Origin: an uncultured Gemmatimonadaceae bacterium
GTDB lineage: Bacteria; Gemmatimonadota; Gemmatimonadetes; Gemmatimonadales; Gemmatimonadaceae
Length of the DNA stretch: 64,000 nt
NCBI GenBank assembly: GCA_963843845.1
Contig: CAWJMB010000005.1
Span: 64,001 to 128,000, forward strand
Direction: 5' to 3'
Shown here: positions 20,301 to 29,179 of the stretch, in pieces
Layout of the letters: every line of letters starts with the position of its first letter
How positions within the stretch are numbered: position 1 is the first letter of the stretch
The notes under the pieces: model-generated
Seen by the model: only the letters and a program-made list of their open reading frames with translations
Told to the model about the DNA's origin: nothing
The model's database searches: none
Program-made: the position numbers and the translations under genes

Positions 20301-23110
20301 ACGCTGTTGCTGTTGACGTCGATGCGCCCCGCGTTCGCGCCGCTGCCGAGCGTCAGCCCGCCCGTGATGCGCTCCACGCCGGTCGCCGTCGCGAGATCGA
20401 GCCGCCCGCCGAGCGTCGCCGCGTTCAGGTAGTTGTTGCCGTTGTTCGTTGCGCGGAGGCTGCCGCCGCCGGTGACGTTGACGAGCCCGGAGAGCGTGAC
20501 GCCGTTCTGCACGATGGCGCTCGACGCGTCGGTCTGGAACTGCGAGCCCGCGCCGCCCGCGACGTTCGTGCCCAGCACGAGCGTGCCGCCGTTCAGCGCC
20601 GCGAGCGTGCCGTTGTTCGTGACCGGCGAGTCCTCGATGGTGATGGTGCCGGCGGCGACGTCGGCCGCGATCCGACCGTTGTTGACGATCGTGCTCGCCC
20701 CGCCGATCAGCGACGCCCCGCCGATCGTGCCGTTCTGGCCGCGGATGGTGACGCCGGAGCCGATCGTCGCCGTGACGCCGTCGCCCTCGACGGTGACGCG
20801 GTTGTTCGACCCGGTGCTCCCGAGCACGATCGTGCCCGTGCCGCCGATCGTCTGCGTGCCCTGCAACGCGAGCACGCTGTTGCTGTTGACGTCGATCGTC
20901 CCCGTCGATCCGGGCGCCCCGCTGCCGAGCGTGAGACCGCCGATGACGCGCTCGACGCCGTACGCGGAGGCGAGGTCCAGTGTGCCGTCGAGCGTCGCCG
21001 CGCTCAGGTAGTTGCTTCCGCTGCTCGAGGCGCGGAACGAGCCGTTGCCCGTCGTGTTGATCGCGCCCGAGACCGTCACGCCGTTCTGGAGCACCAGACT
21101 CCCGGCGCCGACCTCGATCCGCGACCCCACGTTCCCGGTGACGTCCGAGTTGAGCACGAGCGTGCCGCCGTTGCGGGCCGCGAGCGTGCCGTTGTTCGTG
21201 ACCGGCGAGTCCTCGATGGTGATGGTGCCGGCGGCGACGTCGGCCGCGATCGTGCCGTTGTTCACGATCGTGCTCACGCCGCCGATCAGCGACGCCCCGC
21301 CGATCGTGCCGTTCTGGCCGCGGATGGTCACGTTCGGCCCGACCGTGAGGGTGACGCCGTCACCTTCCACGCTGATGCGGTTGTTCGAGCCGGTGCTCCC
21401 GAGCACGATCGTGCCCGTGCCGCCGATCGTCTGCGTCCCCTGGAAGCCGAGGATGCTGTTGCTGTTGACGTCGATCGTCCCCGTCGATCCGGGCGCCCCG
21501 CTGCCGAGCGTGAGACCGCCGATGACGCGCTCGACGCCGTACGCGGAGGCGAGGTCCAGTGTGCCGTCGAGCGTCGCCGCGCTCAGGTAGTTGCTTCCGC
21601 TGCTCGAGGCGCGGAACGAGCCGTTGCCCGTCGTGTTGATCGCGCCCGAGACCGTCACGCCGTTCTGGAGCACCAGACTCCCGGCGCCGGCCGAGATCTG
21701 CGATCCCGCACTGGCGGTGACGTTGGAGTTGAGCACGAGCGTGCCGCCGTTCGCCGCGCCGAGCGTGCCGTTGTTCGTGACCGGTGAGTCCTCGATGGTG
21801 ATGATGCCGCCGGCGACGTCGGCCGCGATCGTGCCGTTGTTCACGATCGTGCTCACGCCGCCGACCAGCGATGCTCCGCCGATCGTGCCGTTCTGGCCGC
21901 GGATGGTCACGTTCGGCCCGACCGTGAGCGTGACCCCGTTCCCCTCGACGGTGATGCGGTTGTTCGACCCCGTGCTCCCGAGCACGATCGTGCCCGTGCC
22001 GCCGAGCGTCTGATCGCCGTCGAAGGCGAGGATGCTGTTGCTGTTGACGTCGATCGTCGAGCCGGCCGTCAGTGTGAGGCCATCGCTGGCGCGGATCACG
22101 CCATAGCTCGTCGCGAGGTCGATCGTGCCGTTCAGCGTGACGCCACGCAGCATGTTGCTCCCGCTTCCGTTGGCGCGCAGCACCCCGCCGGTGCTCGTGA
22201 CGATCGTGCCGCCGGTGACCGAGCCGCTCTCGAGGAACACCATGCCGCCGTTCGTGATCGAGAGCGTGCCGGCGCCGGTGTTCGTGATCGCCGTCTGGAC
22301 AGCCAGGCGGCCACCATTCGCCGCGCCGACGGTTCCTCCGTTGGTGACCGGCGAGTCGATGAGCGTGATCGTGCCGCCGGCGACGTCTGCCGTGATCGTC
22401 CCGTTGTTGGCGATCGTGCTCGCGCCGCCGATGAACGCCGCCCCGCCGATCGTGCCGTTCTGGCCGCGGATGGTGACGTTCGGCCCGACCGTGAGCGTGA
22501 CGTTGCTCCCCTCGACGTTGATCCGGTTGTTCGACCCCGTGCTCCCGAGCACGATCGTGCCCGTGCCGGAGAGCGTCTGATCGCCGTCGAAGGCGAGGAT
22601 GCTGTTGCTGTTGACGGCGAAGCCGCCGCTCGACCCGACGCCGTTCCCGAAGGTCAGCCCGCCCTGCACCCGCTCGACACCGTAGCTCGTCGCGAGGTCG
22701 AACGTGCCGGCGAGCGTGACGCCGGTGAGGTAGTTGTTCCCCGAGCCGTCCGCGCTGATCCGCCCGTCGCCAGACTGCGTGATCAGCCCGCCGATGACGT
22801 TCGTGTTGTTGAGCCGGACCGAGCCGCCCGCTGCCGCGTTCAGCGACGCGCTCGCGGTCTGCGAGAACTGACTGTTGTTGATCGTGATCGTCGTCTGCGG
22901 CTGCCCGGTGCCGGCGGTCAGCGCCACGGTGTTGACGTAGTTGCCGTTGATCACGAGCTGCGCGGCCGCGCGCTGCGGCGGCCAGGCGATCGTGACCGCG
23001 ACGGCGGCGGCAGGGGCCACGAGGCGGGCGGTGGCCGTGAAGACGGCACCTCGGGCAGCAGCGCAGGCAGCAGCGCAGGCAGCAGCGCGAGCGGCAGCGA
23101 ACGACGACAT
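17396..23110 (-). CDS. Giant (1904 aa) PEP-CTERM surface protein with beta-strand repeats and Ig-like (choice-of-anchor D-like) modules
   Basis: G/T/N/S-rich; five ~193-aa repeats containing NSNS(I/V)L; modules such as LDFGTVQVG, IALGNVRLG, VDFGIVHVG; C-terminal VPEPSTW, TM and RRRRR. Confidence 0.92.
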   Translation of the reverse strand: MSSFAAARAAACAAACAAARGAVFTATARLVAPAAAVAVTIAWPPQRAAAQLVINGNYVNTVALTAGTGQPQTTITINNSQFSQTASASLNAAAGGSVRLNNTNVIGGLITQSGDGRISADGSGNNYLTGVTLAGTFDLATSYGVERVQGGLTFGNGVGSSGGFAVNSNSILAFDGDQTLSGTGTIVLGSTGSNNRINVEGSNVTLTVGPNVTIRGQNGTIGGAAFIGGASTIANNGTITADVAGGTITLIDSPVTNGGTVGAANGGRLAVQTAITNTGAGTLSITNGGMVFLESGSVTGGTIVTSTGGVLRANGSGSNMLRGVTLNGTIDLATSYGVIRASDGLTLTAGSTIDVNSNSILAFDGDQTLGGTGTIVLGSTGSNNRITVEGNGVTLTVGPNVTIRGQNGTIGGASLVGGVSTIVNNGTIAADVAGGIITIEDSPVTNNGTLGAANGGTLVLNSNVTASAGSQISAGAGSLVLQNGVTVSGAINTTGNGSFRASSSGSNYLSAATLDGTLDLASAYGVERVIGGLTLGSGAPGSTGTIDVNSNSILGFQGTQTIGGTGTIVLGSTGSNNRISVEGDGVTLTVGPNVTIRGQNGTIGGASLIGGVSTIVNNGTIAADVAAGTITIEDSPVTNNGTLAARNGGTLVLNSDVTGNVGSRIEVGAGSLVLQNGVTVSGAINTTGNGSFRASSSGSNYLSAATLDGTLDLASAYGVERVIGGLTLGSGAPGSTGTIDVNSNSVLALQGTQTIGGTGTIVLGSTGSNNRVTVEGDGVTATIGSGVTIRGQNGTIGGASLIGGASTIVNNGRIAADVAAGTITIEDSPVTNNGTLAALNGGTLVLGTNVAGGAGSQFQTDASSAIVQNGVTLSGLVNVTGGGSLRATNNGNNYLNAATLGGRLDLATATGVERITGGLTLGSGANAGRIDVNSNSVLALQGTQTIGGTGEIVLGTTGASNRITLEGIGTTTIGPNVTIRGTNGTIGTQVFVGGTQTLVNTGTIASDGGGLVTITQSAITNDGLLRAQNGTLTVQTPLTGTGTLQVDAAGTVNLTGGSSVSQGTLAIGGSGATVNNGTRNITLSTDYTNASAGSGNSFNRRAGITGSGQVLAGGDVVQEISGATVTNGTTNAATLTIGNVRVGGTTYTYTIDNGGTTGPALRGAIQTAVNGGNISDSRLSGSGVTPGLYGPAPVGGSAGPYEVTFTTSTAGAIAPLSGQTVNLRSTYENIADQKLNIVVGSGAGAYVVAQGQLNTPALDFGTVQVGQVVTQNLSFTNSATGPAGFVEDLNVGFGAASGTGASRITGSGAITGLAAGATSGGLTVGVNTATAGTVAGTIAINYTSAGTVNGVSNGLGTLAIGGTTYGVNGTIEAAANVVDQAAPVINTPTIALGNVRLGAASPTGAVSITNQATGNQQAALNATISGTAPVTGSGSISLLAPGATNASSLTVGLNTSTAGAVSGTATVSLVSDASNIGGCAPNCQLTLPSQNVTVTGAVYRLANPSVTPTSVTLAARVGDAAPTRALSITNSSPDAFTEALNASFTGAAPTGFTTSGSVTALAAQGTSTALSVGLNTATAGTYAGTATVGAVSTGVGTTGAPDVDVASTNVALAGRVYAPAVADVTATVDFGIVHVGDLATRGIGVTNVAPIATLNDVLVAAVSGGGPAFSTAGTTGGIAAGTSDNTSLQATLNTSTNGQFSGTAAVALVSRNPDLADRSLGSTNVTLTGQVNDFAQGAFAKTGGAGAFSMTGANAFLLDFGTITTGAGATTANLAVDNVAAGFADLLNGSFLTSGTGFSFFGFDAFSNLAAGARLGGLGITFDTSTLGAFTGSVTLTNFGTNASGYLGALDPITLSVRGTITTGAVSAVPEPSTWTMFGAGLVGVGVLVRRRRRGTPGVTTVVG
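19860..22750. repeat. Intragenic tandem repeat, ~579-nt period, about five units
   Basis: 20876-21110 appears identical to 21455-21689; antisense shadow ORFs recur at 20433, 21012 and 21591. Confidence 0.85.
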
Positions 23111-23240
23111 GAGACGAATCCTCTGCGACGAATGGCGAACGGGAGGCGGGCGACAGCACCGGCGGGACGGACGTGGTCCACTTCGTAACGCGCGGTCGTG
23201 CCCGCTTTCGTATCACCGCCGACTGTGGCATCTCCCCCAC

Positions 23241-24309
23241 ATGGCACCTCTCACGATCGCCGTCGTCGGCGGCGGGGCGATCGGCCTCGCCTGCGCCTGG
23301 CGGCTCGCCGAACGCGGCGCCCGCGTCACCGTCTCGGATCGGGGCGCCGCAGGCTCGGCGTCGCCCGCGTCGGCCGGGCTGCTCGCGGCGACGGCCGGGC
23401 ACGGCGGACCGGCCGGCTCACCACTCGACGCGCTCTGCCGTGCGGGGCTCGACCGGTGGCCGTCGTTCGCGCGCGAGGTCGAGGCGGCTTCGGGGCAGCA
23501 CGTCGGGCTGCGGGGAGAGGGCACGCTCGTCGTCGCGCTCACGGAGACGGAGGCGGCCCGGCTGCACCTCGCGTTCGACGGCTGGCGCGCCGCCGGCGAC
23601 GTCGGGCAGCGCTGGTTGTCCGGTCGCGGAGGCGGCGGCGATCGAGCCGGCGCTGGCAGCCGCCGTCGTCGCGGCGCGATGGTGCCCGCGCGACACGCAG
23701 GTCGACAGCGGTCGGCTCGTCGCCGCGCTCGCCGCAGCCGCGCGGCGGGCGGGCGTGCTGCTGCGCAGCGAGACGGCCATCGACTCGCTCGATGCGATCG
23801 AGGCCGACGTCGTCGTGCTCGCGGCAGGGGCGTGGTCGGGGCAGATCGCGCGGCGCCTCCCCATCCGCCCGCTCAAAGGGCAGATGATCGCGCTCACGAC
23901 GAACGCCGCCCCACCGCTCCGCCACGTCGTGTTCACGACGAGCGCCTACCTCGTGCCGCGCGACGATCGCCTGCTCGTCGGCGCGACGGCCGAGGAGGCG
24001 GAGTTCGACACGACCGTCACCGCCACCGCGACCGCACAGTTGCGCCGCGCGGCGACGGCGGCGATCCCCGCCCTCGCCGACGCGCCGCTCGCCGACGCCT
24101 GGACCGGGCTCCGCCCCATGACTCCCGACGGCGCGCCGCTACTCGGCTGGCTCGACAGTCGTACGATGGTGGCGACGGGGCACGGACGGAACGGGATCCT
24201 GCTGACTCCGATCACGGCCGACTACGTCGCCCGACTGGCGCTCGGCGAGCCGGTCGACGGGATCGAGCCGTTCGGGGTCGGTCGCTTCGCGGCGCGGTCG
24301 CCGGCCTGA
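23241..24309 (+). CDS. thiO: Glycine oxidase / DAO-family FAD oxidoreductase (frameshift near 23620)
   Basis: VVGGGAIG, ASPASAGLL, RPLKGQ, WTGLRPMTPDG, TGHGRNGILLTPITA. Confidence 0.8.
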
Positions 24310-24351
24310 GCCGAACGCGCCCGGGCACCGATCCCGACGCCGGTCGCGGCG

Positions 24352-24630
24352 TCAGTGATCGATGCCGCGCCCCGTCTGCTCGCGCAGCTCGTCGATCTTC
24401 TTCGACGCTTCAGCCTTCGTCAGCGTCCCGTCGAGCTCCTCGCCGGCTTCCTGCGCGAGCGTTCTGAGATACGACGCCTGCGCGCCGGTCATCGCTTCGT
24501 TCCCCGTCACCCACTGATCCGGGTTCTTCTCGGCGCTCGGCGACGCGGCGACCTCGTCGATCGTGGTGTCGGACATGCCGGACGCGCCGGCCGGCGTGTG
24601 CTCCGTGAACGCTGTCTTCGCTGCGGCCAT
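24352..24630 (-). CDS. DUF3072-like small protein
   Basis: KNPDQWVTGNEAMTGAQASYLRTL...LTKAEASKKIDEL; GGAG RBS. Confidence 0.85.
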   Translation of the reverse strand: MAAAKTAFTEHTPAGASGMSDTTIDEVAASPSAEKNPDQWVTGNEAMTGAQASYLRTLAQEAGEELDGTLTKAEASKKIDELREQTGRGIDH

Positions 24631-24729
24631 GATCCATCTCCGTCTGAATGGGGTCGATCGTGCGCCCTGGAGCAGAGCAGCAATCGTGCCTCTACCCGAA
24701 CAGACGCCGAAACGGACCCACGCCGCGCC

Positions 24730-25368
24730 TCACCCGGCCGGTCGGCGCTCCACGACGGGCCGCTCGATGCGCACCGTGTAGCCGTCGCGGCTCAGCAGCG
24801 CGGTCAGCGCCGCGGCGGCGCTCCGGTCGGCGTGCGCGAGGATCCCCGATTGCTCCGCGGCCGTGGCGAGCTGGTCGCGAACCCGTCGCTGGATGACGTC
24901 GCGGTCCTCGGGGCGGAACGGGTTGAGCAGCCCCGCCCGCTCGTCGTAGGTCGTCACGTTCAGCACCTCGATGCCGAGCAGCCGAGCCGGGGGGAGCGAC
25001 ACCGTGATCTCGCGCGTCACCGAGTCGATGCGGACCCCTGTGTTCTCCGCGAGGTCGATCCCCGCCGAGACGCGGCCGGTGACGACGAGAAGCGCACGCT
25101 TCGTCGAGGCGAAGCGCGTCTGCTCGTAGATGACGACGTCGCGCAGCGTCATCTCGGTCGCGACGAGCTTCGCGACCGCCTGGAGGCGCTCGACGACGAC
25201 CTGCTGCGTGATGCGCGGCGGAGCGGGCGGGCCGGCGATCGAGCCGACGGCGCCGACGGCTCGGCGCGCGACCATGACGCCGACGCTCGCCGCGACCAGC
25301 AGCGCGATCGCGACGAGCCCCCAGACCAGGGTGCGGCGCGGTGCGGCGGCGTGCTCGGATGAGGCCAT
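24730..25368 (-). CDS. DUF4230-like membrane-anchored protein
   Basis: N-terminal TM; VAKLVATE, GRVSAGIDL, ITVSLPPA, SGILAHA. Confidence 0.8.
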   Translation of the reverse strand: MASSEHAAAPRRTLVWGLVAIALLVAASVGVMVARRAVGAVGSIAGPPAPPRITQQVVVERLQAVAKLVATEMTLRDVVIYEQTRFASTKRALLVVTGRVSAGIDLAENTGVRIDSVTREITVSLPPARLLGIEVLNVTTYDERAGLLNPFRPEDRDVIQRRVRDQLATAAEQSGILAHADRSAAAALTALLSRDGYTVRIERPVVERRPAG

Positions 25369-25374
25369 GCGTGC

Positions 25375-25380
25375 AACATA
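25375..25380 (-). promoter_or_regulatory. Putative -10 box (TATGTT), leaderless
   Basis: TANNNT 6 nt upstream of ATG 25368. Confidence 0.45.
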
Positions 25381-25454
25381 GCCCACCGCCCCCCGGGCTC
25401 GCCCGCGCGCCGTGCTATGCTTCGCGGCGCGCTCTCCATCCTCGCCTCTCGCCC

Positions 25455-26135
25455 ATGTCCGCTCCCCCGCCCCCGCCCGACGGCTTCGTGCCGCTCGCGT
25501 TCACGCGCCGCCCGCTCGACGAGTCGCTCGCCCGCGGCCGCGCGTTCTACGAGGAGATGGACCGGCGCCGTACGACGCGCCACTTCGCGACCGATCCCGT
25601 GCCGCGCGAGGCGATCGAGCTCGCGATCCGCACCGCCGGGACGGCGCCGAGCGGGGCGCACCAGCAACCGTGGACGTTCGTCGCCATCGCCGATCCCGAG
25701 ACCAAGCGCCGCATCCGCGAGGCCGCCGAGCGCGAGGAGCAGACGTTCTACCGCGAGCGGGCGACCGACGAGTGGAAGGCCGCGCTCGCGCCGTTAGGCA
25801 CCGACGAGCACAAGCCGCACCTCACCGACGCGCCGTGGCTCGTCGTGCTGTTCCGCCAGGCGTACGGCGTGCGCCCCGACGGGACGCGCTACGCGCACTA
25901 CTACACCCAGGAGTCGTGCGGCATCGCGGCCGGGCTGTTCGTCGCCGCGGTGCACCGCATGGGGCTCGTCACGCTGACGCACACGCCGACGCCGATGGGC
26001 TTCCTCGGCGAGCTGCTCGAGCGGCCGGCGAACGAGAAGGCGATGCTCGTGATGCCGGTGGGGTACCCGGCGGCGGGGGCGCGGGTGCCGGACCTCGCGC
26101 GCAAGCCGCTGAGCGAGATCGCGGTGTGGCGGTGA
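25455..26135 (+). CDS. Nitroreductase-fold flavoprotein, iodotyrosine deiodinase-like
   Basis: RRTTRHF, TAPSGAHQQPW, lid EREEQTFY...LGTDEHKPHL, HYYTQES, TLTHTPTPM, VPDLARK. Confidence 0.88.
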   Translation: MSAPPPPPDGFVPLAFTRRPLDESLARGRAFYEEMDRRRTTRHFATDPVPREAIELAIRTAGTAPSGAHQQPWTFVAIADPETKRRIREAAEREEQTFYRERATDEWKAALAPLGTDEHKPHLTDAPWLVVLFRQAYGVRPDGTRYAHYYTQESCGIAAGLFVAAVHRMGLVTLTHTPTPMGFLGELLERPANEKAMLVMPVGYPAAGARVPDLARKPLSEIAVWR

Positions 26136-26180
26136 GGCGCGCGTGACGGGCGGGTGATCAGGGCGCGATGGCGGTGCGGC

Positions 26181-27098
26181 TCAGCGCGTGAAGCGGCGCG
26201 CGAACGCCCACGCCGCCTCGCTCCCGTCGAAGTCGGTCGTCACGTGCAGGCCGGCGCGCGCGCCGCGGCCCCGGCCGGCGGGGGGGTGCCCCGGCAGCCC
26301 GTGCCCCGCCCCCTCCATACGATAGAGCACGACCTCGGCGCCGCCGCGGCACGGCGCGTAGGTCAGCACCTCGGTGCGCACGCCGTCGTCCGGCGCGCGG
26401 TCGGGGAGGCGCGACGTCGCCGGCGCCGCGGGGCAGCCGTTCGCGTCGCGCCAGAGCGCGACGGTCTCCATGACCGGCCGCGTACCGCCCGCCGCCGACC
26501 CCCGCCCCACGGCGCCGCCCCCGAAGCGCACGAGCGGGTCGGCGGTGCCGTTCATCATCAGGAGCGGCACAGAGCGCGACGGCCGGCAGGGCAGCACGAC
26601 GGGCATGCTCGCGACGATCGGCACGGCCGCGGCGACGCGGTCGGAGAGCTCGCAGGCGAGGCGGAGGGTCATCATGCCGCCGTTCGACACGCCGGTGACG
26701 GCGACGCGCCGGCGGTCGGCGACGCCGCGCGCCGTCAGCGTGTCGAGCAGCGCGCGGACGAACGCGACGTCGTCGACCTGCTCGCCGGTCGACTGCGCGA
26801 GCCGCGTCGGGCGTCCGTCGTTCCACCCGCGGTCGACGCCGTCCGGATACACGACGACGACCCCCTCGCGCTCGGCGATCGCGTCGAAGCCCGCCTGCGC
26901 GGCGATCTGCCGCGCGCCGCCGCCGCCGCCGTGCAGCACGAGCAGCGTCGGCGCGGGGGCCCTGAGCCGCGCCGGGCGGTGCACGTAGTACTCGCGCGTG
27001 CGGCCGTCGACGACGAGCGTGTGGCGCGCGAGGCGCGGCGCGGGCGGCGCCGCGAGCGCGGCGGCGAGAAGGACGGGGGCGAGCGCGTGGCGCGGCAT
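26181..27098 (-). CDS. Exported alpha/beta hydrolase (LpqC / PHB-depolymerase-like esterase)
   Basis: LVLHGGGG, VVVYPDG, VDDVAF, GVSNGG, NGTADPLV, GAGHGLPG. Confidence 0.88.
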   Translation of the reverse strand: MPRHALAPVLLAAALAAPPAPRLARHTLVVDGRTREYYVHRPARLRAPAPTLLVLHGGGGGARQIAAQAGFDAIAEREGVVVVYPDGVDRGWNDGRPTRLAQSTGEQVDDVAFVRALLDTLTARGVADRRRVAVTGVSNGGMMTLRLACELSDRVAAAVPIVASMPVVLPCRPSRSVPLLMMNGTADPLVRFGGGAVGRGSAAGGTRPVMETVALWRDANGCPAAPATSRLPDRAPDDGVRTEVLTYAPCRGGAEVVLYRMEGAGHGLPGHPPAGRGRGARAGLHVTTDFDGSEAAWAFARRFTR

Positions 27099-27130
27099 GG
27101 TGGCGGGTAGACGCGCGGCGGCGGCCGGCG

Positions 27131-29128
27131 TTAGCGCGCGGGGAGCGCGAACACCACGATCTCGTCCCCCTTCCCGAACACGTCGCCGTCGCCCCCCGCC
27201 GCGACCGCGACGTACTGCCGGCCGCGCGCCGCGTAGGTCATCGGCGTCGCCTTCGCGCCGGCCGGGAGCGCGCCCTGCCACAGCTCGCGCCCCGTCGCCG
27301 TCTCGAACGCGCGGAGCCGCGCGTCGACCGTCGCGCCGACGAACGTGAGCCCCCCCGCCGTGACGATCGCGCCGCCGAGGTTCGGGCTGCCCAACGCGCG
27401 CGGCGCGCCGGAGTCGGCCGCCGGCGCCCCCGCGCGGAACGCCTCGGCCGCGGCGCGGCGGCCGGCGTCGCGGTCGGGCGCGAGCCCCGCGCCCAACGGC
27501 CCCGGGGTGCCTAACGGGACGCGCCACGCGATCGCCCCCGTCTCCACGTTCACCGCGACGAGCGCGCCGAACGGGGGCGGCGTGCACGGCACGCGCTGCG
27601 GCGAGAGGAGGATGAGGCGGCGCATGAGGTACGGCGTGCCGCGCATCGCCGCGTACTCCCACGCGGGGTCGTAGCGGCCGTCGAAGCGGTCGCGCGGGAT
27701 GAGCTGCACGACGGCGGCGACCGTGTTCACCGGCACGACCGCGAGCTGCCGGCGCGGGTCGAACGCGACGCCGCCCCAGTGCGCGCCGCCGATGTTCGAC
27801 GGCATCGCGAGCGTCCCCCCGAGCGACGGCGGCGTGAACGGCCCCTCGTTGCGGAGCGCCGCGATCCGGTCGCGGCACCAGGCGCGGTCCGCGCTGTCGG
27901 CGCCGAACGCGTCGTCGGCGCGGAGCGCGTGCGGGCTCAGCACGATCGACGAGAACGGCTGCGTCGGCGACGCGACCTCGCCCGGCACGTCGCTCGCCGG
28001 CACCGCGCGCTCCTCCACCGGGACGATCGGCGCGCCCGTGTCGCGGTCGAGGACGAACAGCATCCCCGTCTTCGTCGCCTGCAGCACCGCGTCGACGTTC
28101 TTCCCGTCGCGCCGCACGGTGGCGAGCGCCGGCGGCGACGCGTTGTCGTAGTCCCACAGGTCGTGGTGCACGGTCTGGAACGACCACACCACCGCGCCCG
28201 TCGCCGCCCGCAGCGCGACGACCGAGTTCGCGTGGCGGTTGTCGCCGAGTCGCGCGCCGCCGAAGTAGTCGGGGCTCGCGCTCGACGTCGGCACGAAGAC
28301 GAGCCCGCGCGCCGTGTCCGCGGCGATGACGCTCCACGCGTTCGCCGCCCCGGTGCGCCGCGCGGTCGGCCCGCGCCAGGTGTCGTACGCCGGGTCGCGC
28401 GCGTCCTGCGGCACCGGGTCGAACGTCCAGAGCAGCCGCCCGGAGCGCGCGTCGTAGCCGCGCACCTCGCCGCTCGCCGCGTCGGTGCGCCCGTTGTCGG
28501 CGACGGCCGAGCCGACGACGAGCACGTCGCCGACGACCGCGGGCGGGGACGTGACCTCGTACTCCGCGTGCTCGCCGGGCGCGTTGCGCAGCCCGCGCCG
28601 CAGGTCGACCGTGCCCCCGTCGCCGAACGACGGACAGGGCGCGCCGTTTCGCGCGTCGAGCGCGATGAGCCGCGCGTCGACGGCGGCGAAGACGATCCGC
28701 TCGCGGCACGCGGCACCCGCTGCGGCGCTCGCCGGGGCGCGCCGGTCGACCCAGCGGCTCACGCCGCGGCTCGTCCAGTCGCCGAACCCGGACTGCCGCG
28801 CGACGCCGGCGTTGAAGCGCCACCGCTCCTTCCCGGTCGCCGCGTCGAGCGCGAAGACGCGGCCGAGCGGCGTCGAGAGGTACATCACGCCGCCGACGAC
28901 GAGCGGCGTCGTCTCGAACGACGTGCGCCGGCTCGTCGCGTAGTCGGGGCCCGCCTCGCCGGTGCTGAAGCGCCACGCGACGGCGAGGCGCCCGACGTTG
29001 TCCGCGGTGATCTGCGCGAGCGGCGAGTGGCGGCCGCCGCCGGGGTCGTGGCCGTAGCTCGCCCAGTCCTGGGCGAGCGCGGCCGCCGGGAGCGCGAGCG
29101 CGGCGAGGCACGTCGAGAGGGTGTGCAT
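27131..29128 (-). CDS. PQQ-dependent dehydrogenase (glucose/quinate type, periplasmic)
   Basis: Signal peptide; WASYG...RHSPLAQIT, FETTPL, FQTVHHDLWDYD, PCTPPPFG, ATPMTY; Trp-docking repeats. Confidence 0.92.
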   Translation of the reverse strand: MHTLSTCLAALALPAAALAQDWASYGHDPGGGRHSPLAQITADNVGRLAVAWRFSTGEAGPDYATSRRTSFETTPLVVGGVMYLSTPLGRVFALDAATGKERWRFNAGVARQSGFGDWTSRGVSRWVDRRAPASAAAGAACRERIVFAAVDARLIALDARNGAPCPSFGDGGTVDLRRGLRNAPGEHAEYEVTSPPAVVGDVLVVGSAVADNGRTDAASGEVRGYDARSGRLLWTFDPVPQDARDPAYDTWRGPTARRTGAANAWSVIAADTARGLVFVPTSSASPDYFGGARLGDNRHANSVVALRAATGAVVWSFQTVHHDLWDYDNASPPALATVRRDGKNVDAVLQATKTGMLFVLDRDTGAPIVPVEERAVPASDVPGEVASPTQPFSSIVLSPHALRADDAFGADSADRAWCRDRIAALRNEGPFTPPSLGGTLAMPSNIGGAHWGGVAFDPRRQLAVVPVNTVAAVVQLIPRDRFDGRYDPAWEYAAMRGTPYLMRRLILLSPQRVPCTPPPFGALVAVNVETGAIAWRVPLGTPGPLGAGLAPDRDAGRRAAAEAFRAGAPAADSGAPRALGSPNLGGAIVTAGGLTFVGATVDARLRAFETATGRELWQGALPAGAKATPMTYAARGRQYVAVAAGGDGDVFGKGDEIVVFALPAR

Positions 29129-29179
29129 GCGCGTAACGTGCGCGGCGGCGCGCGCCGCGTCGATCCTCGCGGGGCCGGG

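Noticed and set aside
17327..21787. 1486-aa plus-strand ORF and the recurring 192-aa ORFs
   Set aside because: Antisense shadows of the repetitive PEP-CTERM gene in high-GC DNA.
23241..24309. Thiamine operon or TPP riboswitch around thiO
   Set aside because: No thiS/thiG/thiE neighbours and no TPP-box consensus seen upstream.
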